Shown here: in pieces, positions 61,828-64,000 of the stretch
Position numbering within the stretch: the stretch's first letter is position 1
Layout: every line of letters begins with the position of its first letter
Assembly (NCBI GenBank): GCA_963555995.3
Contig: OY821641.1
Location: 1,600,001-1,664,000, forward strand
Reading direction: 5' to 3'
Length of the DNA stretch: 64,000 bases
Source of the DNA: Vicinamibacteria bacterium
GTDB lineage: Bacteria > Acidobacteriota > Vicinamibacteria > Marinacidobacterales > Marinacidobacteraceae
Notes under the pieces: model-generated
What the model was told of the DNA's origin: nothing
The model's input: the letters and a program-made list of their open reading frames with translations, nothing else
Database searches by the model: none
Position numbers and translations under genes: made by a program

Positions 61828-64000
61828 TCAGCGGAGCGAGGCGACGATTTGCTCCGCCTGCCGGACCTGCTCGGCGAGGGACGACAGCGCCTCGCTCACC
61901 ACCCGCACGTAGAAGCGCGCCGCCTCCCACTCTTCCTCCTCGATTCCCTCGCGGACGCCGGGGATCGTCTTCACGCCGTAGCCGGTGTAGAAGCCGGGCG
62001 CATAGACCTGGTGCCGGAACCACTCCCGGTTGGGGAGGCCCTCGTCGTAGCCCAGGCGGCGCTCCGAGGTGTAGAGGAGCTGGTTCAGTTCGGAGACCCG
62101 GGCGTTCCCGAGCACCGCCTCGGCGGAGGCGTCGGTGAGTCCGGAGAGCGCGTCCTCGTACCCCTGCCCCGCCTCGCGGAGCGCGTCGAGCGCCCCCTCG
62201 ATCACCTCGAAATCAATCTCCTCCGGCGACTCCATCGCGGCGTGGGTCTCGCGGATCTCTTCCACGTAGGTGGCCATCGCGTCGGCCAGATCGGTGAACC
62301 CGAACGGCAGGATCGCGGCGTTGGCGAGCCGCCACATAGCGGTCCCGACCAGCCGGGAGAGCGTCCGCCCGAACACGTACTCGCTGTCAGAGAACTTCTG
62401 GTACCAGTGGAACGAGTCGTAGTTCGAGTGGTACACCCCGCCGGGGCTGTCGCCGCCGAAACCGAGGTTCAGCGAAGCCATCGTCAGGTGGTCAATGAAG
62501 ACCGTGTAGTCGGAACCCGAACCGAGCGCCGCGAGGCGCAGGTCGTCGCTCTGTTCGATCTCGCGGCGGGCATCGGGATTCGCCGCGGTCTCCAGCCGCC
62601 GCGCCCGCGCCGCTTCGAAGACGCTGACCCCGCGCTCGGGGTCCTCGATGTCCCGCGCCACCTCGTTCAGGAAGCGCTGGAGGGTGTGGCTTCCGGCCAT
62701 GCTGAGCCACCCCTTCCCGGTGCTGTCGGTGTTGATGTAGGTCACGCCCTTCTCACCGAGGTCCTCCCGGTGGGTCTCCGCCCACTCGGTGGAACCGAGC
62801 AGACCCCACTCCTCGGCGTCCCAGAGCGCGAACACGACGGTGCGCCGGGGCCGGATCCCCGCCTGCAGCAGTTCGCCGAAGCCGCGGGCGGTCTCCATGA
62901 GCTGGACCGCGCCGCTGATCGGGTCGGTGGCGCCGTTGCACCAGGCGTCGTGGTGGTTGCCGTGGACGATCCATTCATCGGGATAGGTGGAGCCCTCAAT
63001 GCGGGCGACCACGTTGTAGATGGGCCGCACCTGCCAGTCGTAGGCGGTGCGCATCCGCACGGTCACCGGTCCCGGACCGATGTGGTAGGTGATCGGCAGC
63101 GCCCCCTTCCAGTCGTCGTTCGGCGACGCGGTTCCGCGGAGCTGCTCCAGAATGGGAAGCGCGTCGCCCCAGGAGATCGGCAGGACCGGGATCTTGACCA
63201 GGGTCCGGGCGGTCTCGCGGGTCAGCTTCTCCCGGTCCTCCTTGGCGCCCCAGCCCGGGGTCAGCGGGTCGCCGGGATGGACCGGCATGTCCAAGATGGA
63301 GCCGCGCTGCACCCCCCACTTGGGACGGTAGGGGCCCTCGGGATAGGTGAGTCCCTGGTAGTAGCCGTCCTCTTCGGGATCGGAATAGAGCAGCGCGCCG
63401 AGCGCGCCGTTCTCCTGGGCCAGCTTCGCCTTGATGCCGCGCCAGCTCCGCCCGTAGCGGGCCAGCACGATCTTCCCCTCCACCGAGATGCCCAGTTCCG
63501 CGAGCTTCTCGTAGTCCTCGGGAATCCCGTAGTTGACGAAGACCACCTCTCCGGTCACGTCTCCGTCCGCCGCGTAGGGGTTGAAGGTGGGAAGTTGCCC
63601 CGGGTCCGAAGAGTCCTTGTCCTCGGGGATCCCGAGTTCCGCCAGCCGCAGGGTGTAGGGCTCGGGGCCCAGGACCTCGACGTGCCGATCCACCGGGAGC
63701 GGCATGAGCGCCTCGGTCTCCTCGATCGCGGCGTCGAGTCCGAAGGAGAGGAACTTCTCGAGCGCGTAGTCGGCCACGCGCTTGCTCCCGTGCCCGAACC
63801 CCCCGATGTGCGGCTCCTCCGACATGTACTCCATGTACTCACGGATCCGCGCCGGGTCGGGGACGGCCCGGAAGCGCTCTTCGATTTCCCGCTGTTCCTC
63901 CCACTGACCGGCGAGGAACCCCCGCGGGGGATCGGCTGACTGCGGTCGCGCGGCCGGCGGAAGCGCCAGCGCGGCGAGGACGACGAGAAGGACGGGAACT
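61828..64000 (-). CDS. M28 peptidase, glutamate carboxypeptidase II/transferrin-receptor-like (5' end outside the window)
   Basis: PA domain (VNYG, GKIVLARYG), GNHHDAW, DAEEWG, GSGSDY, YHS.YD, RHQVYAPG. The frame stays open upstream of 63834 through a signal-peptide-like stretch to the window edge. Confidence 0.92.
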   Translation of the reverse strand, partial: VPVLLVVLAALALPPAARPQSADPPRGFLAGQWEEQREIEERFRAVPDPARIREYMEYMSEEPHIGGFGHGSKRVADYALEKFLSFGLDAAIEETEALMPLPVDRHVEVLGPEPYTLRLAELGIPEDKDSSDPGQLPTFNPYAADGDVTGEVVFVNYGIPEDYEKLAELGISVEGKIVLARYGRSWRGIKAKLAQENGALGALLYSDPEEDGYYQGLTYPEGPYRPKWGVQRGSILDMPVHPGDPLTPGWGAKEDREKLTRETARTLVKIPVLPISWGDALPILEQLRGTASPNDDWKGALPITYHIGPGPVTVRMRTAYDWQVRPIYNVVARIEGSTYPDEWIVHGNHHDAWCNGATDPISGAVQLMETARGFGELLQAGIRPRRTVVFALWDAEEWGLLGSTEWAETHREDLGEKGVTYINTDSTGKGWLSMAGSHTLQRFLNEVARDIEDPERGVSVFEAARARRLETAANPDARREIEQSDDLRLAALGSGSDYTVFIDHLTMASLNLGFGGDSPGGVYHSNYDSFHWYQKFSDSEYVFGRTLSRLVGTAMWRLANAAILPFGFTDLADAMATYVEEIRETHAAMESPEEIDFEVIEGALDALREAGQGYEDALSGLTDASAEAVLGNARVSELNQLLYTSERRLGYDEGLPNREWFRHQVYAPGFYTGYGVKTIPGVREGIEEEEWEAARFYVRVVSEALSSLAEQVRQAEQIVASLR

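Overview
High-GC bacterial chromosomal window. The Tol-Pal genes, many PQQ-type beta-propellers, an ankyrin fusion and dense REP/MITE repeats suggest a diderm, possibly Acidobacteriota-like organism, but that is inference. Left part: a lexA-imuA-imuB-dnaE2 mutagenesis cassette, a tandem double-OB ssb and tolQ-tolR-tolA-tolB-pal-cpoB on the minus strand, followed by recN-miaB-DUF151-parA-parB on the plus strand. Next is a redox operon with two in-frame UGA codons at catalytic Cys positions, each followed by a SECIS-like hairpin; these are two probable selenoproteins that the ORF track splits. A 28-bp XerC/XerD dif-like site follows, with extra inverted XerC-arm hairpins. The right half holds envelope and metabolic genes (dacB, amidase, TAXI-TRAP transporter, seven PQQ-like propellers, peptidases, TonB-dependent receptor), an MmeI-like type IIL restriction-modification gene abutting a 17-unit 32/33-bp tandem array, a DUF433/DUF5615 toxin-antitoxin pair and a truncated EamA gene. 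I recognised no rRNA, tRNA or true CRISPR-Cas. All product calls are from motif recognition by eye, with no database search.
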